DNA of 59,493 bases from Candidatus Omnitrophota bacterium (GCA_043815185.1 JBDRJF010000023.1:1-59493), one strand, 5' to 3'; positions 6,609 through 15,734 are shown, counted from the first letter of the stretch. Made by a program: numbers and translations. The notes: generated from the letters alone by a model not told the origin.

Positions 6609-7982
6609 TTATTCCAATTGAAACTCTCTTATCTTCGAATAGAGGCTGGTACGGTCTATCTTAAGGATTTTAGCAGCCTTGGTTTTATTGCCGCTTACTT
6701 TAGTTAAAGTTTGTTTAATTGCTTCTCTTTCGATTTGTTCGGTGACTTTTTTGGTCATTTCCCATAGAGAGGTTCCCTTATCTAAATCAGGCTGAAATTG
6801 TAGGCTTTTGGGTAAAGTAGAATTATTTAAACCTAGGTCACCGGAACTAATCATACTTGAATCAGCCAAAAGTACGGCTTTTCTGATTGCATTCTTTAAC
6901 TCTCGGACATTGCCCGGCCAATTATAAGCCAGTAAATGTTTCATGGCTTCAGGAGATATCTCTTCTATTTTTTTGTTAAGTTTCTGATTTTCTTCTTCTA
7001 AAAAACATTTGGCTAAAACAGGAATGTCTTCTTTTCTTTCCACCAAGGAAGGTAAATCTATACAAAACTCATTTAATCTATGAAACAAATCATTTCTAAA
7101 CTTTCCCGCTCTTACCTCCTCCCAAAGGTTAGTCCCGGTAGCGGCAATAATTCGAACATTTACGCTTATGTCCTTCTTACCTCCTAAATGCTGTAATTTC
7201 CGCTCTTCAATTACCCGTAATAACTTTGCCTGTACGGCCAAAGATAAATTGGCAATCTCATCTAAAAATAAAGTGCCGCCTTGAGCCTGTTCAAATTTGC
7301 CTTCCTTTCTCTCCTCAGCTCCGGTAAAAGCGCCTTTCTCATAGCCGAATAATTCACTTTCCACTAAACTTTCCGGGATTGCTCCGCAATCTATAGGCAC
7401 AAATGGTTTATTAGCTCTTTTGCTCTTTTGATAAATCAAGTTAGCAATAACCTCTTTGCCGGTTCCGCTTTCACCCTCTAGAATAACCGTCATGTTTGTG
7501 CAAGCAACAATTTCTACTTGCTTTAAAACCTTCTTTATCTGAGGACTTTCTCCCATCACTATTTCTATAGTTTCTTTTTCGCCTAATTTTTTTCTTAACC
7601 TTTCTACTTCTCTACTTAAATATTGAGTCTTAAGGGCTTTTTTAATAGTAAAAACCAGCTCTTCATTGTTGAAAGGTTTGGTAACATAATCAAATGCCCC
7701 TAACTTTATCGCTTTCACTGCTTCTTTAACCTCGCTATAGGCAGTAAGCATTATAATAATTAAATCTTTATCTCTTCTTTTCATTTCCTCTAAAATCTTC
7801 ATCCCATCCATACTGGGAAGCTTAAGGTCTAACAAAACTAAATTGGGGCAATTTCTTTCAACTGCCTTAAGAGCACTCCTCCCATCTCCGGCACTAACCA
7901 GATCATAACCTTCCTCTCCTAAAACAGCTGAAAGATTAAAACAGAAGTCTTTATCATCATCTACAATAAGGATAGTTTCCAT
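6609..7982 (-). CDS. Sigma-54-dependent response regulator (NtrC family: REC-AAA+-HTH)
   Basis: REC domain (LLDLKLPSMDG), Walker A GESGTGKE, GAFTGA loop (EKGAFTGA) and C-terminal Fis-type HTH (KTKAAKILKIDRTSLYSKI). Confidence 0.9.
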   Translation of the reverse strand: METILIVDDDKDFCFNLSAVLGEEGYDLVSAGDGRSALKAVERNCPNLVLLDLKLPSMDGMKILEEMKRRDKDLIIIMLTAYSEVKEAVKAIKLGAFDYVTKPFNNEELVFTIKKALKTQYLSREVERLRKKLGEKETIEIVMGESPQIKKVLKQVEIVACTNMTVILEGESGTGKEVIANLIYQKSKRANKPFVPIDCGAIPESLVESELFGYEKGAFTGAEERKEGKFEQAQGGTLFLDEIANLSLAVQAKLLRVIEERKLQHLGGKKDISVNVRIIAATGTNLWEEVRAGKFRNDLFHRLNEFCIDLPSLVERKEDIPVLAKCFLEEENQKLNKKIEEISPEAMKHLLAYNWPGNVRELKNAIRKAVLLADSSMISSGDLGLNNSTLPKSLQFQPDLDKGTSLWEMTKKVTEQIEREAIKQTLTKVSGNKTKAAKILKIDRTSLYSKIREFQLE

Positions 7983-7996
7983 TTAACCTACTTCCC

Positions 7997-8599
7997 TTAA
8001 CTAGCTATCTTTCTTATATTTCTTAATATATCTTCCTCAGTAAAAGGTTTATCAATAAAGGCAAAAACTCCTTTTCTTTTAGCCTCTCTTCTAATTTCAT
8101 CATCTCCATAAGCAGAAATTATAGTTACTAAGGTCTGCGGGCTTATCTTTCTGATCTTAGAAAGCAGTTTAATTCCGTCACCGTCAGGAAGTTTTAAATC
8201 TAAAAAAATTAGGTCCGGCGCCTCCTTCTTTACCTGACTTATAGCATTTCTCCTTGTATTAACAACTTCTACCTTATAGTTTTTTGAGCTTAAAAAATCA
8301 GCTAAAAGCGCACACAAATCTTCTTCATCTTCTACAATTAAAATGTTCTTTATTTGCTTCTTTAAAGGTTCAGCGTAAACTATCGGTTTCTCTTTATTCC
8401 GACGTTTTTCGCACTGCTTAAGAAATAGCTTAAATTCATCAAGTTCATCAAGTCTGCGCCAACCCGAAAGGCCGCTGCGCCAAACAAAAGTTTCTTCCAT
8501 TTTAACTTTTCCTGTAGAAATCCACTTTTGCAATCGCGAAATATAAATTGACCTATATATATCTGCTCCTTTTCTGATATCGTATTTTATTTCAACCAC
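7997..8599 (-). CDS. GYF_2-like N-terminal domain fused to a receiver (REC) domain
   Basis: The N-terminus WISTGKVKMEETFVWRSGLSGWRRLDEL resembles a GYF_2 domain. C-terminal REC domain (ILIVEDEEDL...FLDLKLPDGDG...K). Confidence 0.7.
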   Translation of the reverse strand: MVEIKYDIRKGADIYRSIYISRLQKWISTGKVKMEETFVWRSGLSGWRRLDELDEFKLFLKQCEKRRNKEKPIVYAEPLKKQIKNILIVEDEEDLCALLADFLSSKNYKVEVVNTRRNAISQVKKEAPDLIFLDLKLPDGDGIKLLSKIRKISPQTLVTIISAYGDDEIRREAKRKGVFAFIDKPFTEEDILRNIRKIAS

Positions 8600-8619
8600 A
8601 GCTCTTTCCTCTTAATCTC

Positions 8620-9852
8620 TTATTTTAAACGCGACTCTCTCAATTTCTGTCTAACTGGCAGAGAAACTGTAAATGTAGAACCCTTTCTCCACTTACTTTC
8701 CACCTCTATTGTCCCCTCATGGCTTACCACCACTCCATAGCAAAGGGTTAATCCTAAACCTACACCTTCATTCTTGGTGCTAAAGAAAGGATCGAACATC
8801 TTGATTATATCTTTCTCGGGAATCCCTTTACCTGTATCCTCAATTCTGGTCACGAAAAAATTTTCCTTAATTTCAGTAAGGATAGTTAACTTGCCTCCCT
8901 TAGGCATAGCCTCAATAGCATTGAGAACTAAATTTAAAAATACCCGCCCCATCTGTTCTTTATCTATCATTATTTTGGATGGTTTAGAATAAAAGTGCTT
9001 AACTATTTCTATCTTCCGGGATTCAATCTTAATCCATACTGTACTTAAAACATTTTTTAATACCTTATGGATATCAGAGAGGCACATATTAAGTTTTGGT
9101 GGCCGGGCACAGTTTAGGAGTTCGGTAATTAAATAATTAATTCTCTGAATATTTCTTTCCACAATTTCAATATGTTTTTTTGCTCTAGAATCTTTATTGG
9201 CTATAGCTTTCCTAAGTTGTTGGATAGACATAGATACATTGGCCAAAGGATTTCTTACTTCATGGGCAACACTGGCAGCTATCCGGCCAGTGTAGGCAAG
9301 TTTCTCAGAACGAATTAGCTCTTCCTCACTATCTTGTAGTTCCTTATAAACCTTCTCTAATTCTTCTGCCTTTCTCCTTTCAGCTTCGGCAATTTTTATA
9401 TGCTCCTTCTCTATTCTTTTACGTTCAGTAATATCCCGGATAATACCCACAAGCCCGATTATATTACCCTTATCATCAAACCAGAGAAACTTAATTGTAT
9501 GAAGCCAATGCTTTTCCCCCTCCTTGTCAGTTATGTGTTTAGTAAACTCCCTTGGCTTTCCGGTATCGAAAACTAACTGATCATCTTTAATGATTTCAGC
9601 AGCTTTTTTTCTATCTAATAGTATCTCCGCGTCATCCTTTCCAATAACTTGTTGGCCAGATAACCCTAAAGTCTCTAAAGCCTTGTTATTAACAACTACG
9701 TATTGGCTGTTTAAGTTTTTAAAAAAGATAGCTCCATGTTCCGATGCCACCATAAATTGATATTGCCTAAATCTTTTCTCTGCCTTTTCGCGTTCAATGA
9801 TGTCATTTATATCAGTTTTAATATTATTGATCAGCATTTTAGGTTCTTCCAT
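8620..9852 (-). CDS. PAS-domain sensor histidine kinase
   Basis: PAS region, H-box ASVAHEVRNPL, N box LNLVLNAIEAM, G boxes DTGKGI and GVGLGL. Confidence 0.85.
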   Translation of the reverse strand: MEEPKMLINNIKTDINDIIEREKAEKRFRQYQFMVASEHGAIFFKNLNSQYVVVNNKALETLGLSGQQVIGKDDAEILLDRKKAAEIIKDDQLVFDTGKPREFTKHITDKEGEKHWLHTIKFLWFDDKGNIIGLVGIIRDITERKRIEKEHIKIAEAERRKAEELEKVYKELQDSEEELIRSEKLAYTGRIAASVAHEVRNPLANVSMSIQQLRKAIANKDSRAKKHIEIVERNIQRINYLITELLNCARPPKLNMCLSDIHKVLKNVLSTVWIKIESRKIEIVKHFYSKPSKIMIDKEQMGRVFLNLVLNAIEAMPKGGKLTILTEIKENFFVTRIEDTGKGIPEKDIIKMFDPFFSTKNEGVGLGLTLCYGVVVSHEGTIEVESKWRKGSTFTVSLPVRQKLRESRLK

Positions 9853-9954
9853 TGCCTGTTTATTCCTTTTTTATTACAAAAAATTTATATCAACATTACG
9901 ATTTCGTAATTATCCCTTGAGGACTTATATTGATATTTCGCATTACCTAGTTTA

Positions 9955-10191
9955 TTATTCTTTATCAAGCGCTCTTTCTCTCTCCCATCTCTCGGTCAAT
10001 TCTAATCCTATTCTTTTACCATCATTAGAGATAATAAAGATAATCCTTCCCCACCCATCAAGAATTTGTAGAGCATTCTGTTTTGCTTTAAGGTCGCCTT
10101 TACCGTATATCTCAAGTGTCACACCTAAAGCCTCTTTTATCTTTTCTATTTCCCCTTTACTCAAATGACAAATTTCTTTTTTCTGCCCCAT
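9955..10191 (-). CDS. Hypothetical small protein
   Basis: 78-aa ORF with an AAGGAGGAAC SD-like sequence upstream. No recognisable motif. Confidence 0.3.
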   Translation of the reverse strand: MGQKKEICHLSKGEIEKIKEALGVTLEIYGKGDLKAKQNALQILDGWGRIIFIISNDGKRIGLELTERWERERALDKE

Positions 10192-10312
10192 AAGTTCCTC
10201 CTTAAATTTTGAAACGATTCTGGTGAATTTCTATCTATATCCTTCAATTTATTTAAGACTTTGCTCATTACCAACTCTCAGTATTGTCGATGAGTTAAAT
10301 TAGGAATAAAAT

Positions 10313-10357
10313 AAAAAAAACCCAAATCTTACCTTTTGTTAAAAGCCAAAATTTGGG
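10313..10357 (-). terminator. Rho-independent terminator
   Basis: Minus-strand RNA forms the stem CCCAAAU...AUUUGGG (with an inner CUUUU/AAAAG extension) followed by U8. Confidence 0.6.
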
Positions 10358-10544
10358 CTATCTTTTCGATTCGCCTATATTTCGAAGCATAAAGTGATAT
10401 GTGATATAGCATGCTACATCCATCCTTCCTAATGTCAAGAATAAACTTTGGTTGGTAAACTTTTTTTCTAAAATCATCCCTTCAGCAATAACTAACTTAA
10501 ATTAAGTATTGCTTAATTTTATAGCAAAAAATATGTGTAGCTTA

Positions 10545-10943
10545 TTACTCTAATGTCCCATCTCCCGCATAACTAGCAATTTTCTGCCTATCCTCTTTTT
10601 TAATCTCTAAAAATTCTACTCCTATCCTATATTTATTCTCTCCTTGTTCGAAACTCTCTTTCTTTATGTTTCTTGACCAAATTACCCTTGCTAAAGTAGC
10701 GATAGAAAAAATTATATCCTTAGAATGTTTGATTGGTTGATGTATCTCGAGTTCTAATTTGCTTCCTGGGGGAATATCCCTTTCTGTCTCAAACATTAAA
10801 CCACCACCGCTTATATTCTTAGCGATAGCTTTAACTTTATCCGAAGTATTTGACTCTAAACAATAGGTGATAAAAAGATTCTTCTCTAGACGTAAAAATT
10901 TTCTTCTCTCGAAACTCACAAATTTATCTTTTTCCATTACCAA
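10545..10943 (-). CDS. Single-domain PilZ protein (c-di-GMP receptor type)
   Basis: Has ERRKFLR (RRxxxR) and NISGGG (D/NxSxxG). Paralog of 15297..15695. Confidence 0.8.
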   Translation of the reverse strand: MVMEKDKFVSFERRKFLRLEKNLFITYCLESNTSDKVKAIAKNISGGGLMFETERDIPPGSKLELEIHQPIKHSKDIIFSIATLARVIWSRNIKKESFEQGENKYRIGVEFLEIKKEDRQKIASYAGDGTLE

Positions 10944-11014
10944 TTTTCTTGCCTCCCTTCAATTAGCGAAATTTTTAAATAGACTAAGCGGGCGCAAAAA
11001 CAACCCACAGCAAT

Positions 11015-11524
11015 TTAGCTTCTGTATTTCTTATATTTCACCATCTTTAATGCAGTACCTTCGTTAAGGATGGATTTAAATTCGCATTTATCCATTGTTT
11101 TCTTAATCAGGGGAATCCCCCTGATTGATTCACCAGGCTGGCTCTCTTTATCTAAAAGTAGAGAATCCTCGGCACCAAAAATAAACCCTTTTCCTTTATC
11201 TCTTACGAATATGGCTAATTTGTTAGAGTAAATAAAAAACTTAATTCCTATTTTCCCTTCTTTACCTTTACTGTAGGCGTGCTGAACAACGTTAGCACAT
11301 GCCTCACCTATTGCGAAACCAATATCTTCTGCATCATTCTTATTAAACGCCATTCTGTCTGTAATTACCGATGTTACAATTCGAGGCACCTTCAGCCATT
11401 CAGCCAAAGCAGGTAAATTAAAACTTATAATCCTTTTGATTTTATTTCTTGTCTTTTGATTCTGTTGAGATCGTTTCATGCAGCTTTCCCTAACAACAAA
11501 ACCCAAATTCTGCCAGTCAATCAC
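11015..11524 (-). CDS. RsbW/SpoIIAB-like anti-sigma factor serine kinase (HATPase_c)
   Basis: N-box-like GEACANVVQHAY and G-box VRDKGKGF. The true start may be an internal Met. Confidence 0.6.
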   Translation of the reverse strand: MIDWQNLGFVVRESCMKRSQQNQKTRNKIKRIISFNLPALAEWLKVPRIVTSVITDRMAFNKNDAEDIGFAIGEACANVVQHAYSKGKEGKIGIKFFIYSNKLAIFVRDKGKGFIFGAEDSLLLDKESQPGESIRGIPLIKKTMDKCEFKSILNEGTALKMVKYKKYRS

Positions 11525-11595
11525 GATTAATCTTTCTTTCCCCTGGGCGAAAATTCAAGAATTGTCTGTAAGGATTAAATTGCTTGCCTCGGCCC

Positions 11596-11841
11596 TTACT
11601 CCTCTTCCAGCTTCCTTATCGCCCCCCCAAGGGTATACTTCTTACTGTCGACTAATGCTTTAACCAAAACAACTCTATGGATATCTTCTTGGGAATATTT
11701 TCTAAATTTTTTTATCCCGCATCGGACATACTTTGGTTTAACAATACCTAGCCTTTCCCAATAACGCAGTCTCTCCGGAGATATACCTATCTGTTGTGTT
11801 ATTTCTACTATCCCCAATCTATGGTTTCTATTCTTTTTCAT
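11596..11841 (-). CDS. Short MerR-family HTH protein
   Basis: IVEITQQIGISPERLRYWERLGIVKP...RKYSQEDI is a typical MerR N-terminal HTH. No effector domain. Confidence 0.75.
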   Translation of the reverse strand: MKKNRNHRLGIVEITQQIGISPERLRYWERLGIVKPKYVRCGIKKFRKYSQEDIHRVVLVKALVDSKKYTLGGAIRKLEEE

Positions 11842-11849
11842 TCGATAAC

Positions 11850-12053
11850 TTAAATTTTAGGGCACTCTTTATAGCAGTTGTGGTAATTATTTGTGGTCAA
11901 ACAAAACTTTTCTGCCGCCTCTTCTGGAACATAAGTCAAACTACTAACCCCAGGGCGGCCAGTAAGACACGAATTTACTTTTCCAATCTCCAAAAAAAAC
12001 CACCATACTCTCGATAGCAAGGACATTTTGAAGCTCTTTCTATGATTGTTCAT
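11850..12053 (-). CDS. Hypothetical Cys-containing small protein
   Basis: ORF track gives 11850..12074. An internal ATG (MNNHRKSF) removes the overlap with the upstream gene. No recognised domain. Confidence 0.3.
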   Translation of the reverse strand: MNNHRKSFKMSLLSRVWWFFLEIGKVNSCLTGRPGVSSLTYVPEEAAEKFCLTTNNYHNCYKECPKI

Positions 12054-12060
12054 GCTCTCC

Positions 12061-12336
12061 TTACTCAATAACAACTTCTTTTGTTTTGGCTGCGGCTAAA
12101 TGGCTATATTTCTGCATGTATTTGACGCTAAGAGAGTGACAGTTTAGGCAATCTAGATTATTTACATCATAACGAAAACAGGGCAAGAGTGCTCGAAACT
12201 CCAGTAAAATATCCTGAGCATAATATTGTTTTTCTTTAAAGCTACGGGGTTCTCTTGTCTTCAGCTCAGTCCTTCTAATTACTGCCTGAGCCTCAAGAAA
12301 AATAGTGCATTTAACCTTTTGATCTGGAAATTCCAT
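12061..12336 (-). CDS. Hypothetical protein
   Basis: 91-aa ORF co-directional between PilZ and MerR. Contains a CLNC motif. No recognised domain. Confidence 0.3.
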   Translation of the reverse strand: MEFPDQKVKCTIFLEAQAVIRRTELKTREPRSFKEKQYYAQDILLEFRALLPCFRYDVNNLDCLNCHSLSVKYMQKYSHLAAAKTKEVVIE

Positions 12337-12351
12337 TTTAAAAAATTATCT

Positions 12352-12729
12352 TTATCTATAATTTCGCCATTGGCTTACGCAATTTGAGATGTTATTTTTA
12401 TTATCCTTACTTAATTCTTTAAACTGAATAGCTACACCAGAATTACCGAAACCATCCCCCGGCTCTGCTGATTCAATTCTCACTATTACCCCTATACAAT
12501 CGATTACCTTTGGCCATACAGTAATTCTTGATGATCTAGACCTATTTAATAACAAAATAACTCTCACCTCCCCCTTTAAAAGCCCGGTTTCGTTAGTTTT
12601 GCAATATAGTCCAGAACAACTTATATTTTTGGTTTCAATTATAAGGGTAAAACCTTCTCCTCTAATTGTAACTGGAAAGCTACATTCTATTCGGGGATAG
12701 TATCTTCTTTCAGTTGGAGATTTAAACAT
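12352..12729 (-). CDS. Single-domain PilZ protein
   Basis: Has ERRYYPR (RRxxxR) and NISCSG (NxSxxG). Confidence 0.75.
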   Translation of the reverse strand: MFKSPTERRYYPRIECSFPVTIRGEGFTLIIETKNISCSGLYCKTNETGLLKGEVRVILLLNRSRSSRITVWPKVIDCIGVIVRIESAEPGDGFGNSGVAIQFKELSKDNKNNISNCVSQWRNYR

Positions 12730-13093
12730 ATAAAGTTAGTTTGTTTTCCAAACCTCTAGGTCTGCTTTGTGCTTTGCTTGATATTCCGCTCCCTTCTCTT
12801 TCCGGGTTTTCACTACCATCTTTTATCCTCCTTTTCAGGTTATTTTTTTATTTTAAGACCGCATTAAATCCAAAAATACCCAAATTTCCTTGTGCTCTCG
12901 GTGGTAAGGGCATCTTGACTGTTTCGTTTTCCTCTTTGAGAGAATTTTTCACTTCCTACCTTCGCAAAAGCCGATATCCTATCCTAATTTGCCTTTAATT
13001 ATTGCTTATAACGGTAAGAAGAGCAACGGGGAATGAAAGGGTAGATAATGGATACTTAAAGTACCCATTCAAATATGAGGAAGGTAATCTATC

Positions 13094-15202
13094 TTAAAAT
13101 TTTTGTAGAAAAGAGACTAGGTTAATACCTTTACTAGATATCTTTATTTTATGCCGGATATTTTTGCGGTGTTTTCCTACTGTTTGAATAGAAATATTTA
13201 GAAGATTGGAAATCTCTTTGCTGGTAAGGCTGCTCTTTAACATATTGCAAATTTCAATCTCTCTAGGGGTTAGCTTAAGGTTTTTTTGGGTTATTTTACG
13301 GCCAAATGAAGAGGTTAGTTCTTTTAAGTGATATTGGAGCAAATTAAGATATTTAGCCGATGTTCCTTTTAATCTAAGTTTTCTTAAAATTGGCAGTAAT
13401 GATTCATCTATATTGATTGCTATATCTTCCTTTGTCTTATTTTTTGTCCTCTCGATATGCTCTATCATTTCTTTAAGCGCCAAGTTCTTTTGCTCCAAAG
13501 CTAATTTTTGTTCCCGTAGCATTGACTCAGACTTTTTCAGCTCCTCCTCCGCCTTCTTGCGCTCGGTGGTGTCCATACAAATACCCTGCATATCGACTAC
13601 CTTACCCTTCTCGTCTTTTTGCCATCTTACCCTATCTTCCAGCCATTTTATTTCTTTATTTCTGCTAACGATCCTGTACTCTAAGACTATATCTTCTTCT
13701 TCTTGAGCCTTGCTTAACAAAGAGAAAAGCCTTTCTTTATCTTCCGGATAAATTGTCTTCTCCCATAAGGAAGGGTCGGAAAGCCACTCTTTCTGGGTGT
13801 AGCCATAAATTTCTTCTACTGCTTTATTGACATAAATAGCTGCGAAATTCTTCGGGTCAGCTATATACACTAATTCCTTCATGTTCTCAGCTAATTCTCT
13901 ATATTTCTTTTCTGATTTCTCTAAGGCCTCCTCCACCTTCTTGCGCGAAAACGCGATGCCGATGCTAGTGCCCAACCCCTCAAAAAAAATAATCATATCC
14001 AGCGTAAAAGAGTTGCGTTTACGGTCATTAATCTGCAACAGCCCTATTATGCTGCTGCCAGCCTTGAGCGGAATCAGCGCCACGGATTCGTAGCCTGCGG
14101 TATTGCAGCGGTTGCGGGTGCGTGCCTGGCGCTCCTTTTCTGTGGTCGAGGCCAAAAGATCTGTGGTGCTATTGGTCCAGAAACTACCGCCCTCGGTAAA
14201 AAACGGCAGGTTAGCGTCAAACCGGCCAGAAAGGATACTCCCGCACATACACTCTAATACCGCATTCCCCTTTATGTCACGTATAATATTCCTCTTGTCT
14301 TCGCGGGCGCAAAAATACCGCCCTTTAAGTAGGAAATCTTCAGAAAAACCTTTAGTTTCGTAGTAAGGAAAATCTTCTCCTTCGCGTAGGCGGACACCAA
14401 TAGCCTCAAAACCCATGCTTTGTTTAATCAGCTGCAAGATAGAGGCAATAGTACCCGTTGTATCCTGCGGGTCGCTGAGTAAAACCAGCGTATCATGGCT
14501 AAGCTTTTCCATGATTTCCACCTTCTTGCGCTCAGAGCTTTCAAGAATCTCCCACTTACCTTCCCGTCTAATAAGGGCGAATTGATGATTGTTAACCACA
14601 TCTACAATTTCTGATGCCCCGCACTTATCAAGAGAATAGGTGCATATGGCAAGCATCCGATGTTTGCCGATAGCATTATTCACTGCTGCCTCATAATCAG
14701 CAAATTTTTTCCAATCATTTTTTTCAAGCCACGAGATATTTCCGGTTAAGCGCAAACCATCAAACCCCATCTTCAAGGCCTGGGCTTCTTTTTCAACCCA
14801 ACCCCGGAGTATATTATCAGCTTCGAACTTGCCCGATTTTGTATACCATTGACTATGGTCCAGGATTTCTATTTGGCCTTTTGTAATATACTTATCCAGA
14901 TCCTTTACTTTTTCTTTAAGTGCTTTCTTTACATCTTCAACTCCTAACGGTTCAAAAGTAACCCACATACAAAATTCATTATTCTCCAAACCCGCTTTAA
15001 AATAAGGCACCAGGATATCAATTAGATCTTCTTTGGTCTGGTAAAATTGGCAGAAGTGTGTACCCCAGGAAACATCACCGATAATGTCAATTCCCATTTT
15101 TCTAACTTTCTCAGCAGCTATAGGCGCTTTCGCTTTCCTGCGCTTGCTGATATCGTTGATATCGGTCTTAATATTACTATTCAGCACTTCAGGTTTATCC
15201 AT
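13094..15202 (-). CDS. MEDS-GAF-PAS-coiled-coil-LuxR(HTH) multidomain transcription regulator
   Basis: N-terminal MEDS-type motif GTHFCQFY...LVPYFKAGLENNEFCMWV, a central GAF-like region and a PAS region. C-terminal LuxR HTH LTPREIEICNMLKSSLTSKEISNLLNISIQTVGKHRKNI. Confidence 0.7.
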   Translation of the reverse strand: MDKPEVLNSNIKTDINDISKRRKAKAPIAAEKVRKMGIDIIGDVSWGTHFCQFYQTKEDLIDILVPYFKAGLENNEFCMWVTFEPLGVEDVKKALKEKVKDLDKYITKGQIEILDHSQWYTKSGKFEADNILRGWVEKEAQALKMGFDGLRLTGNISWLEKNDWKKFADYEAAVNNAIGKHRMLAICTYSLDKCGASEIVDVVNNHQFALIRREGKWEILESSERKKVEIMEKLSHDTLVLLSDPQDTTGTIASILQLIKQSMGFEAIGVRLREGEDFPYYETKGFSEDFLLKGRYFCAREDKRNIIRDIKGNAVLECMCGSILSGRFDANLPFFTEGGSFWTNSTTDLLASTTEKERQARTRNRCNTAGYESVALIPLKAGSSIIGLLQINDRKRNSFTLDMIIFFEGLGTSIGIAFSRKKVEEALEKSEKKYRELAENMKELVYIADPKNFAAIYVNKAVEEIYGYTQKEWLSDPSLWEKTIYPEDKERLFSLLSKAQEEEDIVLEYRIVSRNKEIKWLEDRVRWQKDEKGKVVDMQGICMDTTERKKAEEELKKSESMLREQKLALEQKNLALKEMIEHIERTKNKTKEDIAINIDESLLPILRKLRLKGTSAKYLNLLQYHLKELTSSFGRKITQKNLKLTPREIEICNMLKSSLTSKEISNLLNISIQTVGKHRKNIRHKIKISSKGINLVSFLQKF

Positions 15203-15296
15203 TACTATTGCTTCTTTTTTCTCCCATTATTTAACTACACTTAACTTAATTTGAGTATTACTTAAATTTATGAGCAAAAAAATACCTGTTGGCTAT

Positions 15297-15695
15297 TTAG
15301 CTAATATGTTTAGTGCGGTTATCCACATACCTAGTGATTAGCTCTCTATCTTCTTCTTTGATCCCTGGAAATTCTACTCCTACTCTATATTTATTCTCTC
15401 CTTGCTCGAAATTCTCCTTCTCTATTTTTTCTACCCAAATTACTTTTGCCAAAACAGGTACACAGCGAATCGTACTCTTACCACAATTTATAGGTTGATA
15501 TATCTCCAGCTCCAATTCTTTCTCCTTAGAAATCTTTCTTTCTGTTTCAAACATTAATCCACCAGCACTTATATCGCAAGTAATAGCCTTTAACTTAATA
15601 TGGGGGCTCGCTCTTAAAAAACATACAATAAACATATTATCTTTGAAGCGAGGCAATTTTCTCCTCTCTAAATCTGGAAATCTCTCTTTCTCCAT
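15297..15695 (-). CDS. Single-domain PilZ protein, paralog of 10545..10943
   Basis: Has ERRKLPR and DISAGG. Shares GGLMFETER, ELELEI.QPI and FEQGENKYR.GVEF with the paralog. Confidence 0.8.
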   Translation of the reverse strand: MEKERFPDLERRKLPRFKDNMFIVCFLRASPHIKLKAITCDISAGGLMFETERKISKEKELELEIYQPINCGKSTIRCVPVLAKVIWVEKIEKENFEQGENKYRVGVEFPGIKEEDRELITRYVDNRTKHIS

Positions 15696-15734
15696 TTCTC
15701 TCTCCCACCTCCTCAGGAATTCCTTTAAATTTAA

